The notes under the pieces: generated by a model | Seen by the model: only the letters and a program-made list of their open reading frames with translations | Databases searched by the model: none | Told to the model about the DNA's origin: nothing | Shown: positions 27,468 through 37,549 of the stretch, piece after piece | Numbering within the stretch: the first letter of the stretch is position 1 | Layout of the letters: every line of letters starts with the position of its first letter | From: a virus | Lineage: Duplodnaviria > Caudoviricetes | Direction: 5' to 3' (one strand) | IMG/VR virus record: IMGVR_UViG_3300035150_000079 | Span: 1 to 52,649 of that record | Length of the DNA: 52,649 nucleotides | Made by a program: the position numbers and the translations under genes

Positions 27468-29732
27468 ATGGCACAGAGACGATACGGACCTACAAGAGGC
27501 GCTGGAGTAGCAGTTATTGAATTAGAAGGCGAAAAGGGAATTGAACCCGGAGCTCTTGGTTGGTGCGGGTATGCCGGGATCATGGAAAAAGGGCCTGTTG
27601 GCGAATTAATTATTGCTCCAAATAAAAGCACGTTTGTAAAGAAATGTGGCGGAGTGATCGATGATTCACTTCTTCCGGATGCAGCCCTAGATTATTATAG
27701 TTTGGCTAACGGAGCAGGAGGTTTGGCTCTTGTTCGAGTTACCGATGGTAACGAAGTGCAAGCCGAAATGCCGTTATATGCTAGGTACGGTTCTCTATTG
27801 ACCCGGATGGGGACTTTGAAAGCCAAAAATGGTGGACGATGGGGAGGGAAAGAAAATTATTATACGGGAGCCGCTACGGATGCTACCGAAACAACGGTAA
27901 CTACTGGCGTAACTATGTTGGATGACGAATGGGCGGGAGGTTATTTACAAATAACCGGTTCTTCTAATACGTATGAAATAATAAGCAATACGGCAGCAGG
28001 TGTTATAACAGTTGCGTCTGATTCAACTATAATAACCGATGGCGGAACTACTACCGCTGTTTATTATTTGTATCATGAAAACGCTGGTAAGGCCATAAGT
28101 ATTCTGATTGGCGACGGGGAAGAAAAGCCTGATACGGAATTTAGTATTTCCGTTTACGTTGACGGAGCATTCGTAAAGAAATACGGAAATCTTAGTACGA
28201 ATCCAAGTGATTCTCGTTATTGGGTAAGTTTGATAAATAACGACGATGGTAACGACGAAATAGAAGCGGTTGATTTGTGGACTGGTGCGCATACAGCGGC
28301 GGTAAGGCCTGCTAATAAATACGGCATAATTGATACGGCCGGAATAACCGATACGGTATTGACTTCGGTTATACACGATTTCACCGTAACGGTTGGAGAC
28401 GCTACTCCTACGTTTGCTTTAGGTACTACTACGGATTCACATTTAGCTCAAAAATTAACTATTACTATGACTGCCGCCGATACAGGTAGCGTTGTAAGCG
28501 ATAAATTGGGAGCAGTAGGAACTGTAACGGTAGGAACTGAATTCGATAACACTGATTGCAAATGGGTTCCTCCGTTTACAATCACCGATGGCGGAACAAC
28601 TTTGGAAACTGATGATGTTATGGTTATAAATTACAAGCCGTTTGTTCTTGATTCTCTTATTGGCGGTTATTTGTATCCCGATAAAGTCAACGCTTCATCC
28701 ACAAGATATAGAATAGTTGATAATGATCACAAAACTATAACCGTGGCAGACGGTTCCGATATGACTTCTGTGGCTGAAGCGGCCGATGAATATATGGTTG
28801 TAGCGCCTTTAGAGATGTCAGGCGGAAAAGATGGAAACGCTGGTGTGATTGATTCTAGCTATACACAGCAAGCTTGGGATGTCGATGACAGCCCTTTCAA
28901 TAGGTTGTTTGGTAGGAATATGGGATTAATCAAATACGCTACGCCCGGTGTTACTTCAACGGCGGTACAAAAAGCAGGCGTAGCGTACGCAGAAGCCAAG
29001 AATCACCAATATAGATATGAAATAACATCTGCTACGGTAACAGAGGCGGGCGCTATAACGTATATAAATGATACGTTAGGACGTAGTGATTTCGCGGTCG
29101 TAGCGTTCCCTAGCTACGGCACCGTACCCGACCCCCTAAGCAGCGAAGGAAAGACGAAGACCGTTACCCTTACCGGTATGATTCACGGCAGGGAGGCGCG
29201 AATAGCGGCCGACTATGACGGGTATCATAAAGCAGAGGCCGGTATTGACGCCAAATTACCGAAGTTGCTTGATATCCCGACCTCAGACGCCATACTAAAC
29301 GAAGAGTTACTTAATCCTGCTGGAATAGCTATCATTAAAAAAGTGAAAGGCAATTTCATAATTTGGGGAGACAGAACGGTACATAGCGATCCTACTTGGA
29401 AATGGAAACACCAAAGAGAAACTATGTCGTATTACGAACACGTATTACAAGAAAGTTTCGATTGGATCATATTTATGATAAATGACCGAACCACCGAAAG
29501 TTTGGCTATTTCGGCATTAAATAGCTTCTTCCTCCCGGAATACGCAAAAAGAGCTGTTAGAGGAAATACGTTTCAAGAAGCGGTTATAATTAAATTGGAC
29601 GAAGAATTAAATACCGATGCTACAAGAGCTAACGGAGATATGATTTCCGAAATCAAATTGAGGCTTGCCGATACGGTTGAAAGATTCATCATCAGAATCG
29701 GCAAACAAGGAATTTTCGAATCTGTTGGTTAG
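27468..29732 (+). CDS. Contractile tail sheath protein
   Basis: GVAVIE, EKGPVG, LVRV, AKNGGRWG; C-terminal ELLNPAGI..IWGDRT..IIFMIND..ERFIIRI. Confidence 0.93.
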   Translation: MAQRRYGPTRGAGVAVIELEGEKGIEPGALGWCGYAGIMEKGPVGELIIAPNKSTFVKKCGGVIDDSLLPDAALDYYSLANGAGGLALVRVTDGNEVQAEMPLYARYGSLLTRMGTLKAKNGGRWGGKENYYTGAATDATETTVTTGVTMLDDEWAGGYLQITGSSNTYEIISNTAAGVITVASDSTIITDGGTTTAVYYLYHENAGKAISILIGDGEEKPDTEFSISVYVDGAFVKKYGNLSTNPSDSRYWVSLINNDDGNDEIEAVDLWTGAHTAAVRPANKYGIIDTAGITDTVLTSVIHDFTVTVGDATPTFALGTTTDSHLAQKLTITMTAADTGSVVSDKLGAVGTVTVGTEFDNTDCKWVPPFTITDGGTTLETDDVMVINYKPFVLDSLIGGYLYPDKVNASSTRYRIVDNDHKTITVADGSDMTSVAEAADEYMVVAPLEMSGGKDGNAGVIDSSYTQQAWDVDDSPFNRLFGRNMGLIKYATPGVTSTAVQKAGVAYAEAKNHQYRYEITSATVTEAGAITYINDTLGRSDFAVVAFPSYGTVPDPLSSEGKTKTVTLTGMIHGREARIAADYDGYHKAEAGIDAKLPKLLDIPTSDAILNEELLNPAGIAIIKKVKGNFIIWGDRTVHSDPTWKWKHQRETMSYYEHVLQESFDWIIFMINDRTTESLAISALNSFFLPEYAKRAVRGNTFQEAVIIKLDEELNTDATRANGDMISEIKLRLADTVERFIIRIGKQGIFESVG

Positions 29733-29767
29733 ATTTGAAAATATAACATTTTAAAACGGAGGACAAT

Positions 29768-30361
29768 ATGGCTGACATAAGTGTTTTTACTGATGATGAA
29801 TTATCGGGAACCGGCATAGGACCGGAACACGGTGTTGCTAAGGCTCGTCTTAACGAGTTGATAGCTAAAGTAAACGGAATGGATACTCCTGTTGAAATCG
29901 CGTATACGCCTACTACTAGCGCCGATTGGCCTGGTACTGATCCTACTACTGTACAAGGCGCATTGGATAATTTAGCTAATTTCCAATCAGCAGACGTTGT
30001 GGCTGTATGTGCTGGCCTAGATTTGATGCAGGATGCAGGCGAAAAGGTATCGGCTGCTTTGAATGGAAACTCTGCTAAAAGCTTTATTCCTACCGAAGTT
30101 TTAATTTTGGCAACAGCATTAACAGGAACTGAACCGGACGGCGGAGCTTTGAAAATAGGTACAGCAGAGGGGGGAGATCAAATATTAAGCGCTACTGCCG
30201 TACATTCAATAGCTGCTGAAGGAGGTTCGTTAAGAATACCTATTAGCACAGTAATGCCAGCAATAGCAGGCAATGCTACTATGTATTTAGAAAGCACAAC
30301 AAAAGAAACCACTTCTACTACGTTTACCGTAACTGCCTATATCATAGGCAAGCAATTTTAA
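29768..30361 (+). CDS. Putative virion decoration protein between sheath and tube
   Basis: GGAGG SD; TTVQGALDNL fibre-like motif followed by a beta-sandwich-like domain (LKIGTAEGG). Confidence 0.5.
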   Translation: MADISVFTDDELSGTGIGPEHGVAKARLNELIAKVNGMDTPVEIAYTPTTSADWPGTDPTTVQGALDNLANFQSADVVAVCAGLDLMQDAGEKVSAALNGNSAKSFIPTEVLILATALTGTEPDGGALKIGTAEGGDQILSATAVHSIAAEGGSLRIPISTVMPAIAGNATMYLESTTKETTSTTFTVTAYIIGKQF

Positions 30362-30398
30362 TTGATATTGTAATGATCGAGTTCCAAAGGAGTTGAAT

Positions 30399-30836
30399 AT
30401 GAAAGGCGATATAAAAAGTGATCATATCCCGGTCAGCAAATATAAATTGTTGGTCCTAGGATTTCCGTCTTTGACAATTGTAGAACTTAGCGGTTTAGAA
30501 GACGAAATAGTTACAACCGAGTTGCCTGATAGGACGGTAGTTTCGGGCGGACAACATACGGCGTCCGAATTCACTATTATGATGCCAGACCACCATTTGG
30601 AAGAACAAGCCATTATGGAAACTTGGTTCATAGAATCTACAGATCCCGTTTCTCCAAGTTACAAAAAAGTAGCAACTTTGGTAGCTGAATCTGTAAGCGG
30701 CAATATCATTAGATCTAGATCGCTTATCGGCGTATTCCCTAAGAAAAGAAAACTTTGGGATGGCGAAATGGCGAACGAAGGCGAAATGGCGCTAGTAGAA
30801 TGGACACTTAGCGTGGATGAAATATTGCCTATTTAG
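30399..30836 (+). CDS. Tail tube protein (T4 gp19-like)
   Basis: ELSGLE, W.....YKKVATL, LIGVFPKK, LVEWTLSVD; size and position fit. Confidence 0.85.
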   Translation: MKGDIKSDHIPVSKYKLLVLGFPSLTIVELSGLEDEIVTTELPDRTVVSGGQHTASEFTIMMPDHHLEEQAIMETWFIESTDPVSPSYKKVATLVAESVSGNIIRSRSLIGVFPKKRKLWDGEMANEGEMALVEWTLSVDEILPI

Positions 30837-30894
30837 AGCGTAATTCAATAACACGGTTGGGCTTAACAAAAGCACAGCTAATTGGAGGTGAACC

Positions 30895-31743
30895 GTGAAT
30901 AAAGAAAATGAAACAAATAAAACCAACATCAAGCGCGTAACTCTAAAGGAACTCGACCAATTAATGCCGTTAGGCATAGCTAACAACGACGGTAGCTATA
31001 CCAAATCATTCGAAGTTAAAAGATGGAGGATGAAAGAAGAAAGGGAGATCGGAGAACAAAAGGAATCCCATAGGGATGCTAGTGTCGGACAGTATGTAGG
31101 AATCGTATTGTCTACTATGTGTAAAAGCATCGGAAACATTAATTTCGAAGCCTTAAAAAAGGCTGAAAAAAACGTACATATTTCACAAATGTTCGTTGGA
31201 GATGTATTTTATATTTATGTTTGGTTAAGAAAGAATTCAATTGGAAGCGAATTACAACTTTCGGTAAAGTGTCCAAATTGTTCTAATAAATTTAAAGTTG
31301 ACGCTAATTTGGATACAGTGGAAGTAGATGTATGTGATAAATTAGAAGATGCTTGTTGGAATTATAAATTAGAAGAACCATTCGAAATACGCGGAAGATT
31401 GGTTACTGAATTATTGATGGGCCCTCCAAGGTGGTTGTCTTTGGAAAATCTAAAAGGAATAGGGACCAACACAGGCGCGGCAAAAGCGGGATTAATACTA
31501 GGTTCCATATCGGGTATAGCCGATTGGCTTGGCGAAGATGGTAAACCAAAACAAGTTGCTTTGACCGTAAACGAATTAGATGAAATGGGGAAAAAAGACA
31601 TAGAAAAAATAACCAACCTGATGGATAAAAATGCCATCGGACCCAATATGTCGGTAGAAGGCGATTGTCCCAGATGTAGATCCGATTATAAAATGCCAAT
31701 AGATTGGAGTTATGATAATTTTTTCGACATTTCTGGCCGGTAA
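30895..31743 (+). CDS. Tail assembly chaperone with Zn ribbons
   Basis: MPLG, D..YI..WLR..SIG, CPNC, CPRC, ends NFF; located between tube and tape measure. Confidence 0.8.
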   Translation: MNKENETNKTNIKRVTLKELDQLMPLGIANNDGSYTKSFEVKRWRMKEEREIGEQKESHRDASVGQYVGIVLSTMCKSIGNINFEALKKAEKNVHISQMFVGDVFYIYVWLRKNSIGSELQLSVKCPNCSNKFKVDANLDTVEVDVCDKLEDACWNYKLEEPFEIRGRLVTELLMGPPRWLSLENLKGIGTNTGAAKAGLILGSISGIADWLGEDGKPKQVALTVNELDEMGKKDIEKITNLMDKNAIGPNMSVEGDCPRCRSDYKMPIDWSYDNFFDISGR

Positions 31744-31907
31744 CGCCAGCAGAAACATTAAGAGAAGAAATTTTTGTTCTTACGTATTGTATGAAAGGGA
31801 TAACATACGATAACATAGAATCTATGACTTCAAGCGATAGAAGTTGGTATTTAAATAGATTATATAAACAATTAAAAAAAGAAGCAGATGAAGTGAAAAA
31901 GAAATAA
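31719..31907 (+). CDS. -1 frameshift extension of the tail chaperone (gpGT-like)
   Basis: Slippery T TTT TTC at 31719-31725; the -1 frame is open to TAA 31905-31907 (RHFWPVTPAETLREEIFVLTYCMKGITYDNIESMTSSDRSWYLNRLYKQLKKE). Confidence 0.8.
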   Translation, partial: FFRHFWPVTPAETLREEIFVLTYCMKGITYDNIESMTSSDRSWYLNRLYKQLKKEADEVKKK

Positions 31908-31951
31908 CCGCGCTAAAATAGACCGTAGGGTTTGCAAAAGGAGATAATAAA

Positions 31952-34900
31952 TTGGCTTTAGAAAGATACGGTTTAGGCGCGATTATTACGGCGGATGAAA
32001 AACCGTTTGTAGCCTCCACGGATAGAGCCAGAGATTCTCTAGGACGATTTATATCAACAGCAAGTAGGGCGCCGATAGCGGTTTCATCTATGAATGCCGC
32101 TATGCGTCGTGCTGCTTTAACTATGCAACAAGGCGCAGCCCAAATATCAAGAGGGACTGCGCAATTAGCGGCAGGTCTACGTAGTGCAGCATTAGGAGCT
32201 TTGCCGCTTACATTGGCCGTCGGGGCAGGAATATCTCAGGCGGCAAAGTTCGAAAGACAAATTTCCGCTGTAGCTTCCATAACAAGAGCAAGCGAAAGGG
32301 AGATGGCTGCTCTTACTAAAGAAGCTAAACGTATGGGAATTATATCCGTATTTAGTGCTACCCAAGCCGGCGAAGCTATGGAATATCTAGCTAGAGCGGG
32401 TGCTAATACGGACCAAGTAATAGCAGCCTTATCCGGAACTATGAATGCCGCAGCCGCCGATAGCATAGAATTATCTACTGCGGCAAACATTGTAGCCCAG
32501 GTCGTTAGATCTATGGATTTAGCTTGGGAGGACGCTAGTCACGTAGCGGATGTTTTGGCATTAGCTTCAGCAAGTGCTAACACTAATATAACTTTGTTAG
32601 GAGAATCATTTAGATATGGTGCGTCGATAGCCAAAGGTTTGGATATTTCTCTTGAACAAACTACCTCTATAATGTCCAAATTAGGAGATGCTGGTTTAAA
32701 GGGTTCTATTGCTGGTACGTCATTCGTAAATATGATGAACAAACTTATGAAGCCAAGCGAAAAAGCATCCAAATATTTAAGTAAATGGAAAATAGTTATG
32801 GAAGATGCTAACAAGGAATTATTACCTATATCTTCCATAGTAGAACAAATATCATCCAACATGAATAAAATTCCAAGCGCTACGGAAAGAGCTTCGTTGG
32901 CGATTGAATTATTCGGTTTAAGAGGCGTTAAAGCATATAACGCTTTAAGAATAGCAGGCAAAGAAGCCACGGATGATTTAGAAGATAAGTTAATAGCGGC
33001 TAGTTTTGGAATTGGCGCTGCCGCCGAAATGGCAGAGAAAAGATTGGATAATTTCTTAGGTCGATTGAAATTATTCGGAGCTTCCGTAGAATCATTAAGT
33101 ATTGGATTATTCGATCCGTTACTGAAGTCATTCACTCCGACTGTTGAGGAAATGACTAAAGGATTAAACAGCATATTATTTAGTTTGGACGCTCTTAGCG
33201 ATATCCGTAAAGAAGAGGGAAGACAAAACTCTGAAAGCGCGATTCTTTTATCAAAAGAAGTTAGTCAGAGACTTCAAGCAACGGGCGCTACTGAGAATTA
33301 CGCTAATGCTACGAAGAGTGCTATCCAAGTTTTAAGCCGTATGCAGATGTCAGAGGAGAATCTATCCCGGGCACAGGTCGAAGCACGTAAAAGAGGCGTT
33401 TTAGCATCCATAGAGGCGGAATCCAGACGTAGGGCCGATATGATAAAGTCTGCTCACATAGCGGCCGCAGGAGTTAAGAACGAAAAAGAACTCGGCGAAC
33501 TTCGTTACAAGATGATGTCTGATCAAATAAAATCGATGACGGACGTTAGACGAAAGGAAGCCAACGAACAAATAGAATTGGCTTTTAGCGGAGCAAAAGG
33601 TGCAGCAGAAGCTCAAAGAAAATTAAGACAACGTATATTAGCAGAAGCCTTATCCGGCAATGAAAAACTTAATGATTTAGAAAGAGCGGCCGCTGTATCA
33701 CAAATAGATACTTACTTGATGTTGGAAGCAGAAAGATTAAAACGTGGAGATGCTGTTCGTTCGGAAATATTCAGCATAGAAAAATTACACGAAATAAATG
33801 AAAAGTATGGTTCCAGCGCCGTACAAATAGCATTAGGAATGCAAGATGCCATAGATGGCTTACGGGACGCTTGGGATAGTTTAACAAGACGGATAAAAAT
33901 ATTCGGAAAAACTATAGAACAGAAATTCGGTAAAGAAGGATTACGGAATCTTAGTAAGTATGCTACGTATTTTGTAATAATAGCGGCAGCCGTAGTACCG
34001 TTGGCGTTATCTATAACTGTTTTAAGTTTTGTACTTGGTGGTTTAGTTAAAGCGTTCATAGGTCTTAAATTAATTGCTGTTGGCGTAATAACGGTGATAA
34101 AAGGCGCGATTATCGCTTTAGGAGCCGTATTTTGGCCTGTGGTAGCAGTTGTAGGAGCATTAGCCATAGCATTCGCTTTTTATCGTAAAGAAGGCGAATC
34201 TTTCGGGCAAACTATGATTAGGCTATGGAATGATGTAAAACTTGCTGCTTTAAGATTTTATGAAATTTCCAAACAAATAATAGAGGGGTTTGTTGATAGA
34301 TGGAACGAGGTTGTTGGCGGAATAAAAGATTCTTGGAAGAATCTTTGGGATAGCATAGTAGTAAGAATAGAAGATACTGTAAATAAAATTAAAAATAAAT
34401 TTAATGATATCTTTGGACATTGGTTCCAAGGAATAGAGGAGATGGAAATAAATTGGAGATCCGTAGGAGCGGGAATAGCAAATGCTATTGTATGGGTTTC
34501 TGATATCGTAATAAGTGTAATAGATAATGTAGTTGGAGTTATTACTACATTAGCAGATATAATGATAATCGTAATGGACGGACCTTTACGATTTATTGCT
34601 GCTATGGTAGACACAATAAGAGCTAATTCCGATTCCATTGTATCGATATTCTCAGAAGCTTGGGAATCAATTAGAGGAACTTTCGGTTCTGTATTTTCGG
34701 AAATCAGAAACGCTATAAATGAAATTACAACAGAATTCTTCGGTTCCAGCCAACAATCTAGTGAGTCATGGGTAACAGCAGGAAGAACTATAGGAAGCGC
34801 AATATTAGCAGTACTACATACAGTCGCTTGGACTATCAAATGGATTGTAAAGGGAATTGGATTAGCGATAAAATCTACTGTTTATATAATAAAAACTATG

Positions 34901-35563
34901 TTGATAAATCTAAAAAGAATATTTGGGGACGCATTTACGGGAATTCAACAAATATTAGAAGGGGATTTTTTAAACGGGATAAAAAGAATTGGAGCAGCAA
35001 TATTTAATGCTTTAACAATGCCTATACGCGTTGCTCTCGGTAGCTTGATGAAATTGATAAGAAATATTCCTCAAGTTGAAGAAGGCTTAAGTTACTTAGG
35101 CGTTGATGTAAATAAAATACAAAAATGGCTCGACGAAGGAATAACATTTAACGAAGCGGATAAAAAGAAAGTAAGAACAGTTACGGCTGTCAAACAAGCG
35201 TCCCAAAGTATGGAGGACGCTAATAAAGAATCAGTTAAAGCGGATACACAATTTGATAAAAGCGTTAAAGACGCTACAAAATTATCAAATAAGAATGCTC
35301 TATTGGATGCTATAAATGATTTGAAAACACAACAATTAAAGAAAGCGTCCCAACCTCCTAAGACTGATGTTAATGTTAATTTAGAGGATAAAAGAGTATT
35401 AGACATTAATAATAAGATGTGCGTAGAAGGCGAAGCTATGGACGTAGCGACGGCTAGACATCGCCAAGAAATACACGATAGGGCTGGTTACAAATCTACG
35501 CCTTGGCAAAGAAGAGTTATGTTAGAACACGGTTCTGCTCCGGTAAAAAGGTCGGCATCATGA
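31952..35563 (+). CDS. Tail tape measure protein (TP901-like core)
   Basis: FSATQAGEAMEYLARAG, ADVLA..SASANTNI..LGESFRY, GLKGSIAGT; hydrophobic segments and Trp-periodic repeats. Confidence 0.93.
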   Translation: MALERYGLGAIITADEKPFVASTDRARDSLGRFISTASRAPIAVSSMNAAMRRAALTMQQGAAQISRGTAQLAAGLRSAALGALPLTLAVGAGISQAAKFERQISAVASITRASEREMAALTKEAKRMGIISVFSATQAGEAMEYLARAGANTDQVIAALSGTMNAAAADSIELSTAANIVAQVVRSMDLAWEDASHVADVLALASASANTNITLLGESFRYGASIAKGLDISLEQTTSIMSKLGDAGLKGSIAGTSFVNMMNKLMKPSEKASKYLSKWKIVMEDANKELLPISSIVEQISSNMNKIPSATERASLAIELFGLRGVKAYNALRIAGKEATDDLEDKLIAASFGIGAAAEMAEKRLDNFLGRLKLFGASVESLSIGLFDPLLKSFTPTVEEMTKGLNSILFSLDALSDIRKEEGRQNSESAILLSKEVSQRLQATGATENYANATKSAIQVLSRMQMSEENLSRAQVEARKRGVLASIEAESRRRADMIKSAHIAAAGVKNEKELGELRYKMMSDQIKSMTDVRRKEANEQIELAFSGAKGAAEAQRKLRQRILAEALSGNEKLNDLERAAAVSQIDTYLMLEAERLKRGDAVRSEIFSIEKLHEINEKYGSSAVQIALGMQDAIDGLRDAWDSLTRRIKIFGKTIEQKFGKEGLRNLSKYATYFVIIAAAVVPLALSITVLSFVLGGLVKAFIGLKLIAVGVITVIKGAIIALGAVFWPVVAVVGALAIAFAFYRKEGESFGQTMIRLWNDVKLAALRFYEISKQIIEGFVDRWNEVVGGIKDSWKNLWDSIVVRIEDTVNKIKNKFNDIFGHWFQGIEEMEINWRSVGAGIANAIVWVSDIVISVIDNVVGVITTLADIMIIVMDGPLRFIAAMVDTIRANSDSIVSIFSEAWESIRGTFGSVFSEIRNAINEITTEFFGSSQQSSESWVTAGRTIGSAILAVLHTVAWTIKWIVKGIGLAIKSTVYIIKTMLINLKRIFGDAFTGIQQILEGDFLNGIKRIGAAIFNALTMPIRVALGSLMKLIRNIPQVEEGLSYLGVDVNKIQKWLDEGITFNEADKKKVRTVTAVKQASQSMEDANKESVKADTQFDKSVKDATKLSNKNALLDAINDLKTQQLKKASQPPKTDVNVNLEDKRVLDINNKMCVEGEAMDVATARHRQEIHDRAGYKSTPWQRRVMLEHGSAPVKRSAS

Positions 35564-36327
35564 GTATATTCCCTATGTTAAAATCTTGGTTTTTACAAAA
35601 CCAAACTACACAACAAATAATACGAGGGGAATTCCATCCTATTGATTTAACTAAAGAAGTTAAACCTAATTACGTTACACATGTAGCATTGAGTAGAACC
35701 AAAGAAATATTGCAATTTCTAAATCAAGATGCTGATACTTTATCGTTCAGAGCTGTAATGAACAACAGAGACGGATTTAGTTCGTTTGTAGAAAAAGATT
35801 ATCAATTATTAGAATCTTGGGCAAGACCTGATCCTATTTACGGCAATAAACCTCCTATATTAACATTTTGGGTCGGTCAAGGTTGGGAATTGATGGAATG
35901 CGTAATTACCGGTCTTACCAATATAAAATTCGAAGAGCCTTTTGCTAATGGACGAATAAGAAGAATAAGTCTCGTAATAAATTTAAGGAAATATGAAAAA
36001 TTTTCCTTAGAAGGAGCTGGGAATTATGAAACTCGATATCACAGAGCAGCGGTAAGGGATTATTACGAATTATTGGCATATCGAGAATACAACAATCCTA
36101 TGTTGGGTGTTATAATTAGAAATAGACATCCGGATAAACCTAACATACAAATAGGCGATGCAATAAAACTGCCTAGTGTAGAAGCAATAAGAAAAGAAAG
36201 AGCGCAACCAACAAGCATAGCACTTAGAACTATTACGGGGAAAAAAATAACTCCGCAAAAAATTCTTATTAAACAAATGTTTGACAATCGCAATATAGTG
36301 AAAGTTAGTCACACTCTGATAAGTTGA
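35560..36327 (+). CDS. Tail tube initiator / baseplate protein with LysM-like domain
   Basis: ILQF, PPILTFW.G, C.IT.L; LAYREYNNP..G.II..RHP....QIG..IKLP. Confidence 0.72.
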   Translation: MSIFPMLKSWFLQNQTTQQIIRGEFHPIDLTKEVKPNYVTHVALSRTKEILQFLNQDADTLSFRAVMNNRDGFSSFVEKDYQLLESWARPDPIYGNKPPILTFWVGQGWELMECVITGLTNIKFEEPFANGRIRRISLVINLRKYEKFSLEGAGNYETRYHRAAVRDYYELLAYREYNNPMLGVIIRNRHPDKPNIQIGDAIKLPSVEAIRKERAQPTSIALRTITGKKITPQKILIKQMFDNRNIVKVSHTLIS

Positions 36328-36334
36328 GATAATT

Positions 36335-37549
36335 GTGGTAGAAATTAATAAAGAAACTGATTTTATGGCTCCTACTTTTGATATATTAGTAGAAGGGCAA
36401 GAAATTAATTCTAATGTATTAGAGTGTATAGAGTCAATAGAATATGAAAGCGCAGACGGATTAGCCGATATCATACGTATCAGAGCTATAAATCCTGATT
36501 TCATTTTAAGCGAAGCTAAAGTATTCCAACCTGGCAACGAAATAGCTATATGGATGGGTTACGGTTCGGAACAAGAATTCATAGGAAGAGGGCTTATAAG
36601 ATCTCAACAACCGAATTTTCCTCAAAATGGAATGCCTACGATACGAGTTGCAGCGTTTACACGCGATGTTCAAATGATGGATAACGAACCAGAAAGACCC
36701 AAGAAAGTTCCAGGCAAAAGAAGGAAAAAAGGCGGAAGGGTTTTCAAAGATTCTAAGCATTCTGATGCGGTAGAAGCCAAAGCTACATATTATGGTTTTA
36801 CTCCTGATATAGATATAACAGAAGGCGAACCAAGCAATTTTATACAAAGACCTGGTCAATCTGATTATGAATTTGTTAATGGGTTAGCGAATATAAACGG
36901 ATATGTATTTTGGGTAGATGGCGATGAAAATAAAGAATGGACTTTACACTTTAAAAAACCGGATTCGTTGCCAGGTTTACAAGAAAAACAATATACATTT
37001 AGATACAATCAACAGAACGATAGCACGTTATTATCTTTTCAAACTCAATTTTTAATAAACAAATCTATAACCGAAATGGATGTTGTAGTAAAAGATAGAC
37101 GAACCGGAAAAGTATTGGAAGCCACGGTAAAAGAAGAAAGCGAAGCTTCTCCGGATTTAAGTGCACTTGGCGATCCTACAGGAGAAGTAGTAACCCCTAG
37201 TCCAATAGAAATATTAAGAGCGGGAACTCTAGAAGGGTTGACTTCTGCTAGTGATGTTAAATTATTTTTTAACGATTATAGTTTTACAGTTAACACCAAT
37301 AGAAGATTTAAAACTCAAGCTGAATTGGAAGCGTGGGCAAAACAATGGTTTAGAAGAATGCGAGAAAATTTCGTATTAAGCCAAGGCAGAGTCATAGGCG
37401 TTGGAAATTTAAGAGCAAGGCAAGTACACAAATTATATGGTGTTGGTAATTTATATAACGGCGAATATTATTTTACAAACGTGAAACATGTTTGTTCTAA
37501 AAACCACGGTTATATTGTAGATTTCAAGGCAAGGAAAATGGTCCCATAA
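36335..37549 (+). CDS. Baseplate hub (P2 gpD / Mu gp44-like)
   Basis: IAIWMGY, QSDYEFVNGLA..NGY.FWV, G...LRARQ...L.GVG...NGEYY.T.V.H. Confidence 0.85.
   Translation: MVEINKETDFMAPTFDILVEGQEINSNVLECIESIEYESADGLADIIRIRAINPDFILSEAKVFQPGNEIAIWMGYGSEQEFIGRGLIRSQQPNFPQNGMPTIRVAAFTRDVQMMDNEPERPKKVPGKRRKKGGRVFKDSKHSDAVEAKATYYGFTPDIDITEGEPSNFIQRPGQSDYEFVNGLANINGYVFWVDGDENKEWTLHFKKPDSLPGLQEKQYTFRYNQQNDSTLLSFQTQFLINKSITEMDVVVKDRRTGKVLEATVKEESEASPDLSALGDPTGEVVTPSPIEILRAGTLEGLTSASDVKLFFNDYSFTVNTNRRFKTQAELEAWAKQWFRRMRENFVLSQGRVIGVGNLRARQVHKLYGVGNLYNGEYYFTNVKHVCSKNHGYIVDFKARKMVP

Noticed and set aside
28980-29290. GC-richer patch within the sheath gene (possible intron, intein or recombinant patch)
   Set aside because: The reading frame and sheath motifs continue uninterrupted, with no splicing motifs.
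30852-30897. 7-bp stem (cacggtt/aaccgtg) covering the chaperone GTG start
   Set aside because: Short stem with a 32-nt loop; too weak to claim translational control.
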